Source: Armatimonadota bacterium (GTDB taxonomy: Bacteria; Armatimonadota; HRBIN16). Taken from it: a stretch of 64,000 nt of DNA. The notes below the pieces were generated by a model. It searched no databases. It saw only the letters and a list, made by a program, of their open reading frames with translations, and was not told the DNA's origin. The stretch covers positions 3,296,001 to 3,360,000 of the forward strand of contig OY781964.1 in assembly GCA_963677485.1 (NCBI GenBank), written 5' to 3'. Position numbers and translations under genes: made by a program. Below, piece by piece: positions 28,701-37,146 of this stretch (its first letter is position 1; the number at the start of each line of letters is the position of its first letter).

Positions 28701-29309
28701 ATTAGCGGACGAGCGTGGGCGATGCTGCCCGACCAGAGCACGCGCCATCTGAGCGACATCAAGCTGCAGCGGGTAGGGGATGCGCTGGAGATACGCTACC
28801 ACGACACCTACGCAGGGTTTGAGGGCGAGGTGGTTCTAGCCATCGACCGCTCGGGCGTGATACGCGCCGATGTGCAGATGACCTCCACGGGCATGAACTT
28901 GCCTGTGCGGGAGTTTGGTATCCGGTTCCCTGTTAATGAGGCTTTACGCACCATCAAGTGGGATCGCAAGACCGACTGGGACGTCTACCCTGAGGGGCAT
29001 ATTGGGGCCGCGAAGGGTTCGGTCACGGATACCCCGGTTGAAGGACCGGCGAAGCGGTGGGAACAGGCAGGCAACGACTACGGCAGCAATATCTTCCGGG
29101 CCAGCCGCTGGGGTATCTACACGGCGGAACTGCTGGCCTCGGATGGTCACGGTCTACGCGTGGTTGCCCAGGGCGATGTGGGAGTGCGCTGCCACAAACA
29201 GTCCGGTGGACGGGTGTTTCATGTGCTGATGGCCTCCCCGGGCTCTGTGGCTGATGGCCAGGTGTTGAAGTGCTCCGCCACCGTGCAGTTGGTTCCGGCG
29301 GACCTGTAG
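25734..29309 (+). CDS. secreted glycoside hydrolase family 2 (beta-galactosidase-like)
   Basis: Signal peptide; LWSAEKPNLY, GFRSIEV, NFVRTSHYP, NHASVIIWSLANE and VMVDEY. Start uncertain. Confidence 0.88.
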   Translation: MLNLFRRGTMQNTRCRNRLMYTLYGALCFVFVMALTSVSTSMYAQDMENSRLTQLPPDMNLIAFDDCGVSGRQPHVTPMNSWRMTAPEGEWQQAASTCTFNPPTITVSYTILPAEARYVMAMLFMTESTNERAVSVTSGAHELIGRYQIKTTPEWVYMDIPAELVVNGQFNAQVNSLAGPNAVLSAVALYSNQAAVKEYHLEVSSTTVGGVHCQLSDDLWKGVVGATVEVSSDGQPKLGSAVTDANGRFAFDRVSPDASDKSTYRVTALVGDERLEQQIKASSMWYHAPVLQPIADESRRYKLDGNWDLVFENGEHTRFRTPGQFLQQGLKPDAKEGYTITRPVCIPRDWRLGRIIWRLEAVHGSVDYFVNDTKVAHSENLFTPVEIDITDTIRPGRNDVLKMRIYPSSVSEALSHSSTYAHHDLVGVDRSMSLYTLPMQHLTKLQVTGGTANGYKDGQLSLHAELSEPVSSEMIHVRLMRNGKILMEKKALIEKGQSRLDWSCDVPKAALWSAEKPNLYDLELELRTKKHIIQTFKQKLGFRSIEVKGTQLLVNGVSVKLAGACHHETDLLTGRADTFKWAETDAKLFKDANVNFVRTSHYPPTRDFLDACDRVGLYVEVEAPFCWTRTQAGKEDDAAFRNTFLDPTALMMAEHGNHASVIIWSLANESGSVSGGADQLGQNYVESHRYLRANDPSRPTLFNNEWALDGGIPEIAVVHYPASPLETNPDIAKPTRPVMVDEYWHLPCYEKGDLALDPGLRDQWASGQDGPDGLWSQIRASSKMIGGAIWAGIDDIFQMPDGTITGYGEWGIIDSLRRKKPEYWGLQRVYSPVVFPVKQVEFTEGLQSLQIPVENHYSFTDLSELRFAVLCGSWRKGFTVSMAPGGKGTISLPMPESYKDGDLLTVRVSTADGRLVTHHGIRIGTVPLPRLLAPSSGAPEWKLEAHDALIEGDGWQFRLNTQTGAFSGAGLNALPGIHMTQRDEQAPWSISGRAWAMLPDQSTRHLSDIKLQRVGDALEIRYHDTYAGFEGEVVLAIDRSGVIRADVQMTSTGMNLPVREFGIRFPVNEALRTIKWDRKTDWDVYPEGHIGAAKGSVTDTPVEGPAKRWEQAGNDYGSNIFRASRWGIYTAELLASDGHGLRVVAQGDVGVRCHKQSGGRVFHVLMASPGSVADGQVLKCSATVQLVPADL

Positions 29310-29450
29310 GGGTTTTTTGAACCACAGAGGGCACAAAGGTAACGGAGGGTTGCCTGAACCACGCCGGCCCTGTCCTACTCGTCTTACTCATCCTACCTGT
29401 CTTGTTGGGGGCTCGTTTTAACCGCGGATGAACACGAATGAACGCGAATG

Positions 29451-29478
29451 GTAAGGGCGGTTCGCGAACCGCCCTTAC
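29451..29478. repeat. REP palindrome closely related to the IS110 target
   Basis: GTAAGGGCGGTTCGCGAACCGCCCTTAC is a perfect palindrome. Confidence 0.75.
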
Positions 29479-29574
29479 CCTACATGCCCAACCTCATGCA
29501 GGGATTCCGCCCCTGCCCGGATAACCATATGGATAGTAAGACAACCCAATGAATAATCAAGGAGTCACCCTGTC

Positions 29575-30591
29575 ATGTTGACAAAAAGAATGATCATACC
29601 CACGCTGGCCATACTGGCACTCGCCGTGGTGTGTGCAGGATGTGCGAAGAAGCCCGGTAACGGCGCGAAGTCCGGCAGTGACATCAAACTCGGATTCCTC
29701 GTGAAGCAGCCGGAGGAGCTCTGGTTTCAGAACGAATGGAAATTTGCCCAAAAGTGCGCCGATGACAACGGCTTTGAGCTGAAGAAGATTGGCGCCACCG
29801 ATGGCGAGAAGGTGCTGAACGCGATCGACAACCTGGCCGCACAGGGCGTGAAGGGGTTCGTGATCTGCACACCGGACGTCAAACTGGGCCCGGCGATCGT
29901 GGCCAAAGCGGTGACCAACGGCATGAAGGTCTATTCGGTCGACGACCAGTTCCTGGGCTCCGACGGCAAGCCGATGACGATGATCCCGCACATGGGAATC
30001 TCGGCTAGCGCGATAGGCCAGAACGTGGGCAAGTCGCTGTATGAAGAGTTCAAAAAGCGCAAGTGGGATGTAAATGAAACTGGTGTGTGCGTGATCACCT
30101 TTGAGGAGCTGCCCACCGCGAAGGAGCGCACCGATGGTGAGATTGCCGCGTTGAAAGCGGCAGGGTTCCCTGAGAACCGCATATTCAAGGGTGCTGAGAA
30201 GGTCGCCACCATCCCTGCTGCGAATGACGCGGCGAACATCGTGCTGACCCAGCAAGCGAAAATCAAGAAGTGGCTGATCTGCTCGATGAACGACGAAGGT
30301 GTTCTGGGCGCGGTGCGGGCGATGGAAGGTCAGGGGTTCACCGCTGCGGACGTGATCGGCATCGGCATCGGCGGCAGCACGTGTCTGGTGGAGTTCGAGA
30401 AGTCCAAACCCAGCGGTTTCTACGCCACCTGCCTGATCAGCCCCAAACGACACGGGTATGAGACCACCGAGAACCTGTATAAATGGGTCAAAGACGGCAT
30501 CCAGCCTCCGAAGGACATCAGAACCAAGGGGATCATGATCAACCGCAGCAACTACAAGACGATCATGAAAGCGGAAGGGTTGATGGACTAA
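29575..30591 (+). CDS. araF: L-arabinose ABC transporter substrate-binding lipoprotein
   Basis: KLGFLVKQPEELWFQNEWKFA and DGEKVLNAIDNLAAQGVKGFVICTPD closely follow AraF; lipobox-like CAGC. Confidence 0.9.
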   Translation: MLTKRMIIPTLAILALAVVCAGCAKKPGNGAKSGSDIKLGFLVKQPEELWFQNEWKFAQKCADDNGFELKKIGATDGEKVLNAIDNLAAQGVKGFVICTPDVKLGPAIVAKAVTNGMKVYSVDDQFLGSDGKPMTMIPHMGISASAIGQNVGKSLYEEFKKRKWDVNETGVCVITFEELPTAKERTDGEIAALKAAGFPENRIFKGAEKVATIPAANDAANIVLTQQAKIKKWLICSMNDEGVLGAVRAMEGQGFTAADVIGIGIGGSTCLVEFEKSKPSGFYATCLISPKRHGYETTENLYKWVKDGIQPPKDIRTKGIMINRSNYKTIMKAEGLMD

Positions 30592-30593
30592 AG

Positions 30594-32102
30594 ATGGCGG
30601 ATTGCTATCTTCAGTTCCACGGAATCAGTAAGCTGTTTCCCGGTGTGAAAGCACTGAACCAGGTTTCTTTCGAGGTCAATGAAGGCTCCGTCCATGCCAT
30701 GATCGGCGAGAACGGGGCCGGTAAATCGACCCTGCTGAAGATACTCAGCGGGGTCTATATGCCCGATGGCGGCGAACTGCGGCTGGGTGGTCAGCATGTG
30801 GTGTTCCACTCCTCTTCGGATGCGTTTGCCAACGGCGTGGCGGTGATCTACCAGGAGCTCAACCTGGTGCCGAACATGACGGTGGCCGAGAACATCATGC
30901 TGGGCCACATCCCCAGTCAGCTGGGTGTGGTGGACCGCAAGGGGCTGCTCAAGGCGGCCGAGGCGCGTATCACCGAGCTGGGTGAGAACATCCCTCTGAA
31001 TGCCAAGGTCTCCTCGCTGCCGATTGCACAACGTCAGATTGTGGAGATCGCGAAAGCACTCTCCCGCGACGCCAAGGTGATCGCATTTGATGAGCCCACC
31101 AGCAGCCTTTCGCAGCGCGAAGTGCAGAATCTGTTCGGCATCATCCGCTCACTGAAGGCGCAGGGCAAAGTGATCCTGTATGTCTCACACCGGTTGGAGG
31201 AGATATTCGAGATCGCCGACTCGGCTACGGTACTGCGTGATGGTCAGTTGGTGAAGAGCTTTGACACACTGGATGGCATCACCACCGGTGACCTGGTGAG
31301 TGCCATGGTGGGGCGTGCTATTCAAGATATTTACAGCTACACTCCTCGTCCGATTGGTCCCGCCGTGCTGCGCGTGGAGGGCCTCTTTGGTCGCGGCCTC
31401 TCCGCACCCGCCAGCCTTGAGGTGGGCAAGGGTGAGATCGTGGGCATCTTCGGGCTTGTCGGCGCGGGCCGGAGCGAGCTGCTGAAGCTGATCTACGGTG
31501 CCGTTCACCCCAAAGCGGGGCAGGTGGAGGTGGGCGGTGAACCGGTGAGGGCTACCGGACCGATCGCCGCCATTGACAAAGGTCTGGTGCTCTGCCCGGA
31601 AGACCGCAAGAGCGAAGGGATCATCGGGATACGCTCTGTGGCGGAGAACATCAACATCAGCGCCCGCCGCAAGTTTTCCAATATGCCCTTCATTATCAAC
31701 ATGCCGATGGAACGCCGCCACGCCCAGAAGCAGGTGGATGCTCTTTCCATCAAAACCCCTTCACTAGACCAGCTGATCGGCAACCTCTCGGGCGGGAACC
31801 AGCAAAAGGCGATTTTAGCACGCTGGCTATCGGAGAACCCCACGGTGATCATGATGGATGAGCCCACGCGTGGCATCGATGTAGGCGCGAAGAGCGAGAT
31901 TTATTCCATCATCTTCCGGCTGGCGGAGCACGGCGCAGGGGTGCTGCTGGTCTCCAGCGAGCTGCCCGAGGTGCTGGGCATCTGTGATCGCGTGATCGTG
32001 ATGCGCAGCGGTCGGTTGGTGGACTCGGTTGAGCGCGGGCAATGCGACGAGAAGGGTATTTTGGGATTGGCACTGCCCGTGGCTGAAGAAGCGGCTGTCT
32101 GA
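30594..32102 (+). CDS. araG: L-arabinose ABC transporter ATP-binding protein
   Basis: FPGVKAL, GENGAGKSTL, FDEPTSSL, LSGGNQQK and DEPTRGIDVGAK. Start moved to ATG 30594, just after the araF stop. Confidence 0.9.
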   Translation: MADCYLQFHGISKLFPGVKALNQVSFEVNEGSVHAMIGENGAGKSTLLKILSGVYMPDGGELRLGGQHVVFHSSSDAFANGVAVIYQELNLVPNMTVAENIMLGHIPSQLGVVDRKGLLKAAEARITELGENIPLNAKVSSLPIAQRQIVEIAKALSRDAKVIAFDEPTSSLSQREVQNLFGIIRSLKAQGKVILYVSHRLEEIFEIADSATVLRDGQLVKSFDTLDGITTGDLVSAMVGRAIQDIYSYTPRPIGPAVLRVEGLFGRGLSAPASLEVGKGEIVGIFGLVGAGRSELLKLIYGAVHPKAGQVEVGGEPVRATGPIAAIDKGLVLCPEDRKSEGIIGIRSVAENINISARRKFSNMPFIINMPMERRHAQKQVDALSIKTPSLDQLIGNLSGGNQQKAILARWLSENPTVIMMDEPTRGIDVGAKSEIYSIIFRLAEHGAGVLLVSSELPEVLGICDRVIVMRSGRLVDSVERGQCDEKGILGLALPVAEEAAV

Positions 32103-32184
32103 ACCACGGATTACACGGATTACACGGATGGCACGGATGGGCACGGATGGGGTAAATGCCAATCGGGAGATTGGCGTTCCGGGC

Positions 32185-32208
32185 GTAGGGGCGATTCGTG
32201 AATCGCCC
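32185..32208 (+). repeat. GTAG REP inside the ara operon
   Basis: GTAGGGGCGATTCGTGAATCGCCC between araG and araH. Confidence 0.75.
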
Positions 32209-32262
32209 TGGGTGGCGGGGCTGAGAAGTAGATAATAAACAAATGAGAAGGGCAATGAACGC

Positions 32263-33282
32263 ATGAGTGTTACGAATACAACCCAAAAACCAGAAATAAC
32301 CCCGGGTAGCCCGGCCTCACCGCAGCCATCCCTCCGGCTGCGCTTGATGGGGCTTCTTGACCGCGCCGGGATGCTACTGGTGTTCATCGTGATGTTCGTG
32401 TGCGCCTGCTTCTTTGTGGATGGGTTCAGCTCCGCTTTCAACATGAAAAGTCTGCTGCTGTCGGTGTCGATGGTGGGAATGAGTGCCTGCACGATGCTGT
32501 TCTGCCTGGCCTCGGGGGATTTCGACCTGAGCATCGAGGCGGTGGTGGCGATGTCCGGTGTGCTGGCGGCGATGGTGGTTTCCGCGAGCGGCAATGTGAT
32601 GCTGGGGATAGTAGCGGGTATCGCTGCGGGCGGCGTGGTCGGACTGTTGAACGGCGTGATCATTGCCAAACTTAAAATCAACGCGCTGATCACCACACTG
32701 GCGACCATGCAGATCGTGAAGGGCATCGGATACATCATCTCCGATGGGAAAGCGGTGGGGGTGTCCAACGAGGCCTTCTTCGTGCTGGGCAATGCCAGGC
32801 CTCTGGGTGTGCCGCTTCCGGTGTGGATCACGGTCATTTGCTTCATCGTGTTTGGGTTCCTGCTCAACCGCACCATCTACGGTAAGAACACCCTGGCCAT
32901 CGGCGGCAACGCGGAGGCCGCACGTCTGGCCGGTGTGGCGGTGGACCGCGTACGCATCTGGATTTTCCTCATCCAGGGTTTGATCGCCGGCTTTGCGGGG
33001 GTGATTCTGGCCTCGCGCATGACCAGCGGGCAGCCGAAGACCTCCGAGGGGTTCGCGCTGGAGGTGATCTCCGCCTGCGTGCTGGGAGGGGTGTCGCTCT
33101 CTGGCGGTGTGGGCACCATCATGGGCGTGATGGTGGGTGTGCTGATCATGGGCACGATGCAGAATGTGATGAACCTGATGAACGTGGAGCCGTTCTACCA
33201 GTATGTCGCCCGCGGCGGCGTGCTTCTCGCGGCCGTGATTTTCGACCTTTACCGCCAGCGCGTCCGCAACGCGCGGCTGTGA
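32263..33282 (+). CDS. araH: L-arabinose ABC transporter permease
   Basis: MLFCLASGDFDLS, KINALITTLATMQI, SRMTSGQP and VISACVLGGVSL. Confidence 0.9.
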   Translation: MSVTNTTQKPEITPGSPASPQPSLRLRLMGLLDRAGMLLVFIVMFVCACFFVDGFSSAFNMKSLLLSVSMVGMSACTMLFCLASGDFDLSIEAVVAMSGVLAAMVVSASGNVMLGIVAGIAAGGVVGLLNGVIIAKLKINALITTLATMQIVKGIGYIISDGKAVGVSNEAFFVLGNARPLGVPLPVWITVICFIVFGFLLNRTIYGKNTLAIGGNAEAARLAGVAVDRVRIWIFLIQGLIAGFAGVILASRMTSGQPKTSEGFALEVISACVLGGVSLSGGVGTIMGVMVGVLIMGTMQNVMNLMNVEPFYQYVARGGVLLAAVIFDLYRQRVRNARL

Positions 33283-33485
33283 GGGATGAGGGGATTTGGT
33301 GGTGGCGGTGTTCATGTCCACCTCGTCCTACTCGTCATACCCGTCCTATCGGTGCTTCACTGCAAAACAAAAAAACTGCATGGATTACCAAATATTGTGT
33401 AAAATCAATTGAGTATTAGCAATGTTTTGGGGTATCCTTATTACACCCTGCTACAACACGACCAACGGTGGAGTAACGACGCAGT

Positions 33486-33824
33486 ATGAAACGGATTCAA
33501 TGCATCATTCGCCCCTTCAAGCTGGATGAAGTGAAGATGGCACTGGGTGAGGCTGGAGTGGTGGGCATGACCGTGACGGATGTGCGCGGATGTGGAAGTC
33601 ATGCCGAGGCACGCGAGAGCTTCCGAGGTGCCGACTACACGGTCTACCTGCCGCCAAAGGTGCAGATCGAAATGGTGGTGCGCGATGAGGATATGGATAT
33701 GGTCATTGACACTGTGTTGCACTTCGCTAGCACGGGCGAACAAGGTGACGGGAAGATATTCATCTGCCCGGTGCTGGATTCTGTGCGCGTGCGGACCGAA
33801 GAGCGTGGAGATATCGTGTTGTAA
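33486..33824 (+). CDS. glnB: P-II family nitrogen regulatory protein (divergent T-loop)
   Basis: 112 aa; IIRPFKLDEVK, GMTV, RGADY, TGEQGDGKIF and RVRT. Confidence 0.85.
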   Translation: MKRIQCIIRPFKLDEVKMALGEAGVVGMTVTDVRGCGSHAEARESFRGADYTVYLPPKVQIEMVVRDEDMDMVIDTVLHFASTGEQGDGKIFICPVLDSVRVRTEERGDIVL

Positions 33825-33846
33825 GCTGTATTCAGGAGGTGCCCGC

Positions 33847-34739
33847 ATGGGGCGTACCGGTCGGCCTTTACATTACTAGAAATTCTGGTTACTGTGGCGA
33901 TTATAGCCATATTAGTTGCCATACTCACACCTGCGCTGCATGAGGCACGGGGTGCCGCTATACGCACCAAGTGCCAAGCCAACCTGCAGCAGATCGGCTG
34001 CGCCTTTGGGATGTATGCGGCGGATTTCGACGACACTCTGCCCACCCCTGGCGGACGCAAGGAGTTCACCACGTCAGGAAGCTGCGAAAGCCCGGAGAAC
34101 GGCTGGGTTCAGTCCGCCGCGCCGGGTCAAAATAAAGACATCGGCGGGATATTCCCCTACGTGCGCTCGCGCACCAACAACCCCACGACAAACCTTTGGA
34201 GCTGCACCTACGCCATACCAGGCAAAGACCACGTGTTCTCCCCTGGCCAAAACTATGTGATGAACGACTATGTTCGCATGGGCCATCCCGGTCAAGCTGT
34301 GACGAGTCCGGGTGCCTGTAAATGCGGTTCGGCAACGATGCCCTGCGCTGGCTATTTTGATGGGGCATCTATGGGCGGTCTACCCAACCCCTCGCAACTG
34401 ATCCTCATATATGAAGCGGCTCAACGAAAAGATGGCTGGGTCGACCGGAACGGCAGTCTCTATTTCAGCGAGGGGGCTGCGTCCGCGCATCCGCCGATGC
34501 CCGCCAACTCACCGACTGTGTACCATCTTGGCCGCAGCAACTGGCTGTTTGTGGATGGTCACGTCAAGACACTGCGCATTGAAGAGACATGGTGCGAAGA
34601 TGGCCGGGGTCAGATGCAGAACATCAGCTACTACAACACCGATCTGGCTGAGGTGCTGGTGAAGCGGCTCAAGGTCACTAATGGTGGTGGTCAGGTGGAC
34701 ATGTGGGACCCGCAACTGCCCGGGGTGGTCTATCCGTGA
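33847..34739 (+). pseudogene. prepilin-type N-methylation / DUF1559 / H-X9-DG protein with an apparent 1-nt frameshift after codon 6
   Basis: AGGAGG plus ATG 33847 are out of frame with [17 protein letters not shown]. The body has CQANLQQIG and [15 protein letters not shown]. Confidence 0.7.
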
Positions 34740-34836
34740 GGCAATGATGCTGATGAACACATAACCAAACCCAAATCTCCTATAATATACTAAACGGCGT
34801 CGGACCAAATCGACCGAACCGTAGGAGGTATACGGC

Positions 34837-37032
34837 ATGATGTGGAAGAATATGGGGATCTGTCTGCTGGCGGCCGCGACGCTGGCGGCTGCGACGATGG
34901 GTTCGGCGGCGCCAGCGCAGAACCGCAACCGCTGGGATACCTTCAGCGAAACCTGGGTGGCCACCGATGGGCTGAAGCGAGAGCTTCCCACCAGCGCGAC
35001 AGTGGGAGCCCCTCGAGCAAAGAAGCAGATCGCCATTTTCTACTTCCTGTGGTTGGGAGAACATGCTTATAGCGGGCCGCACGATATCTCCAAAATCCTG
35101 AAGCAGGACCCCACGGCTTTGTCCAAGCCTCAAAGTACGCTTTGGGGGCCTGAAGGCGCCTTTCACTTCTGGGCGGAACCCCGGTTTGGCTACTACAATA
35201 CCGATGATTTGTGGGTGATCAAGAAACATGCGCAGATGCTGGCGGACGCCGGTGTGGACCTAATCCTCATGGATAACACCAACAACGTCACGTATACCAA
35301 ATACTACATGGCGGTGCTGAAGGGCTTCAGTGAGGTGCGTGCGATGGGAGGCAAGACGCCGCAGGTGGCTTTCATCTGCCCCTTCGGTGATCCTACCTAT
35401 TCTGTCACCCAGATGTGGGAGAATCTTTACAGCAAGGGGCTATACAAAGACTTGTGGTACCAGCTTGATGGTAAGCCGTTGATTCTAGCCGACCTTGATG
35501 CTGTGAACATCGGCTTCGGCAACGACTCGCGTAACCAGTCTGAGCTGCTCACCTCAGGTATGACTCTGGGCCAGAGTTTCGTCTCGACGGTGCCGTTTGA
35601 GGCGGTTTCCGTATACGCACCCACCTGGGGAACTAAGAAATCGGGTTTCACCATGAAGCTGTTCCGCGGCGCGCAGGTTGGAACACCGCTGGCTCAGCGG
35701 AAATGCACCAATGTGCTCGATAACGAAATGGTACAGTTGCCACTCTCGACGGCACTGCCTGCCGGTGAATACACAGTGCAGATCAGCAATCCGGTGGGCA
35801 CCATCGGCTGGTGGGGCCATACCGATGATGTATACAAAGATGGTCAGGCGTTGATGAACGGAAAGCCCACGACGGGTGACCGTGTGTTTCGCGTGGTGCC
35901 GAAAAGCAGCGATGGGTTGAAAATCCGTAATTTCTTTACGGCTCGAAAGCCGATGCCTGGTTATTTTACTGGGCCTAGCGGTCCTAACCAGTGGGGCTGG
36001 CTGGAGATATCCCCGCAGCACGTGTTCAAGAACGCAAAGGGACAGTCTGAAATGGTGTGTGTGGGCATCGCCCAGAATGCAGCCGATGGGAAGCTGGATG
36101 CGATGACCAACCCGCGCTCACTGGGTCGCAGCTACCAGAAGGGCACCCTGCCTAAAGACGCCAGCAAGGCGGCATATGGTCTGAACTTCACCGAACAATG
36201 GAACCGCGCGTTGAAACTTGACCCGCAGTTTGTGTTTGTGACCGGCTGGAATGAGTGGATAGCCCAGCGGTTTACAACATCGAATGGCACCGTGATGTTC
36301 GTGGACCAGTTTGATATGGAGCACAGCAGGGATATCGAGCCGATGAAAGGCGGGTTCGGCGACGACTATTACTACCAGTTCGTGAACTATGCACGCCAGT
36401 TCAAGGGAGCTCGACCAATCCCAGTGGCGGGTAAAACAAAAGCGATCTCGCTGAAGGCAGGTTTTGCTCAGTGGAACGACGTGAAGCCGGAGTTCCGCGA
36501 TGATATCGGCGATGTGTCCCATAGAGAGCATCCGGGATACGACAAGTTCAAAATATACAAAAATGAGACGGGTCGGAATGACATCGTGACGGCGAAACTG
36601 AGCAGAGATGCGCAAAACCTCAGTTTTTATGTGCGCTGCCAACAACCGATCAGCTCGCCGGTAGGTGCACTCCGATGGATGCAGTTGTACCTTGATGTCG
36701 ACAAAAAGCACACCAACGGCTGGAACGGTTATGACTACCGCCTGAATGGTTTGGTGCTGAATGACGCCGCAGGTCCCTACATCGTTCTGGAGCGCAGTCT
36801 TGGCGGATGGAAATGGAAGGCTGTGTCGAAGGTCAGATTTACTCTGAGCGGCAAGGAGCTGATGGTGCAGATACCCCGCATAGTTCTAGGATTGAGCAGC
36901 TCGGACAAAGATCTGAGCGTCGACTTCAAGTGGGTGGACAACGCACTGAAGACAGGCGACATCCTTGAGCTTCTAGAGGATGGCGATACCGCCCCCAATG
37001 CGCGGTTCAACTACCGCTACCATGTGAAGTAA
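34837..37032 (+). CDS. secreted glycoside hydrolase, GH99/GH71-like barrel (paralog 1)
   Basis: Signal peptide; FYFLW, HFWAEPRFGYY, HAQMLADAGVD, LDGKPLI, FVTGWNEW and SRDIEP. Confidence 0.7.
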   Translation: MMWKNMGICLLAAATLAAATMGSAAPAQNRNRWDTFSETWVATDGLKRELPTSATVGAPRAKKQIAIFYFLWLGEHAYSGPHDISKILKQDPTALSKPQSTLWGPEGAFHFWAEPRFGYYNTDDLWVIKKHAQMLADAGVDLILMDNTNNVTYTKYYMAVLKGFSEVRAMGGKTPQVAFICPFGDPTYSVTQMWENLYSKGLYKDLWYQLDGKPLILADLDAVNIGFGNDSRNQSELLTSGMTLGQSFVSTVPFEAVSVYAPTWGTKKSGFTMKLFRGAQVGTPLAQRKCTNVLDNEMVQLPLSTALPAGEYTVQISNPVGTIGWWGHTDDVYKDGQALMNGKPTTGDRVFRVVPKSSDGLKIRNFFTARKPMPGYFTGPSGPNQWGWLEISPQHVFKNAKGQSEMVCVGIAQNAADGKLDAMTNPRSLGRSYQKGTLPKDASKAAYGLNFTEQWNRALKLDPQFVFVTGWNEWIAQRFTTSNGTVMFVDQFDMEHSRDIEPMKGGFGDDYYYQFVNYARQFKGARPIPVAGKTKAISLKAGFAQWNDVKPEFRDDIGDVSHREHPGYDKFKIYKNETGRNDIVTAKLSRDAQNLSFYVRCQQPISSPVGALRWMQLYLDVDKKHTNGWNGYDYRLNGLVLNDAAGPYIVLERSLGGWKWKAVSKVRFTLSGKELMVQIPRIVLGLSSSDKDLSVDFKWVDNALKTGDILELLEDGDTAPNARFNYRYHVK

Positions 37033-37146
37033 TCAGCTCGTGAAGGGGCATGCCGCACTTTCGCAAAGTGTCAGAGGGCTTGTGCAGTTATAATGAATAA
37101 AACGGCTTCGGATCAAATAGACCAAACCGCAGGAGGTTTTCGGCAT

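Noticed and set aside
30483-30593. N-terminal extensions given by the ORF track (also 7832-7867, 41218-41298, 48584-48796, 49782-49904)
   Set aside because: They overlap upstream genes, terminators or the bridge RNA. Downstream starts fit RBS position and homology better.
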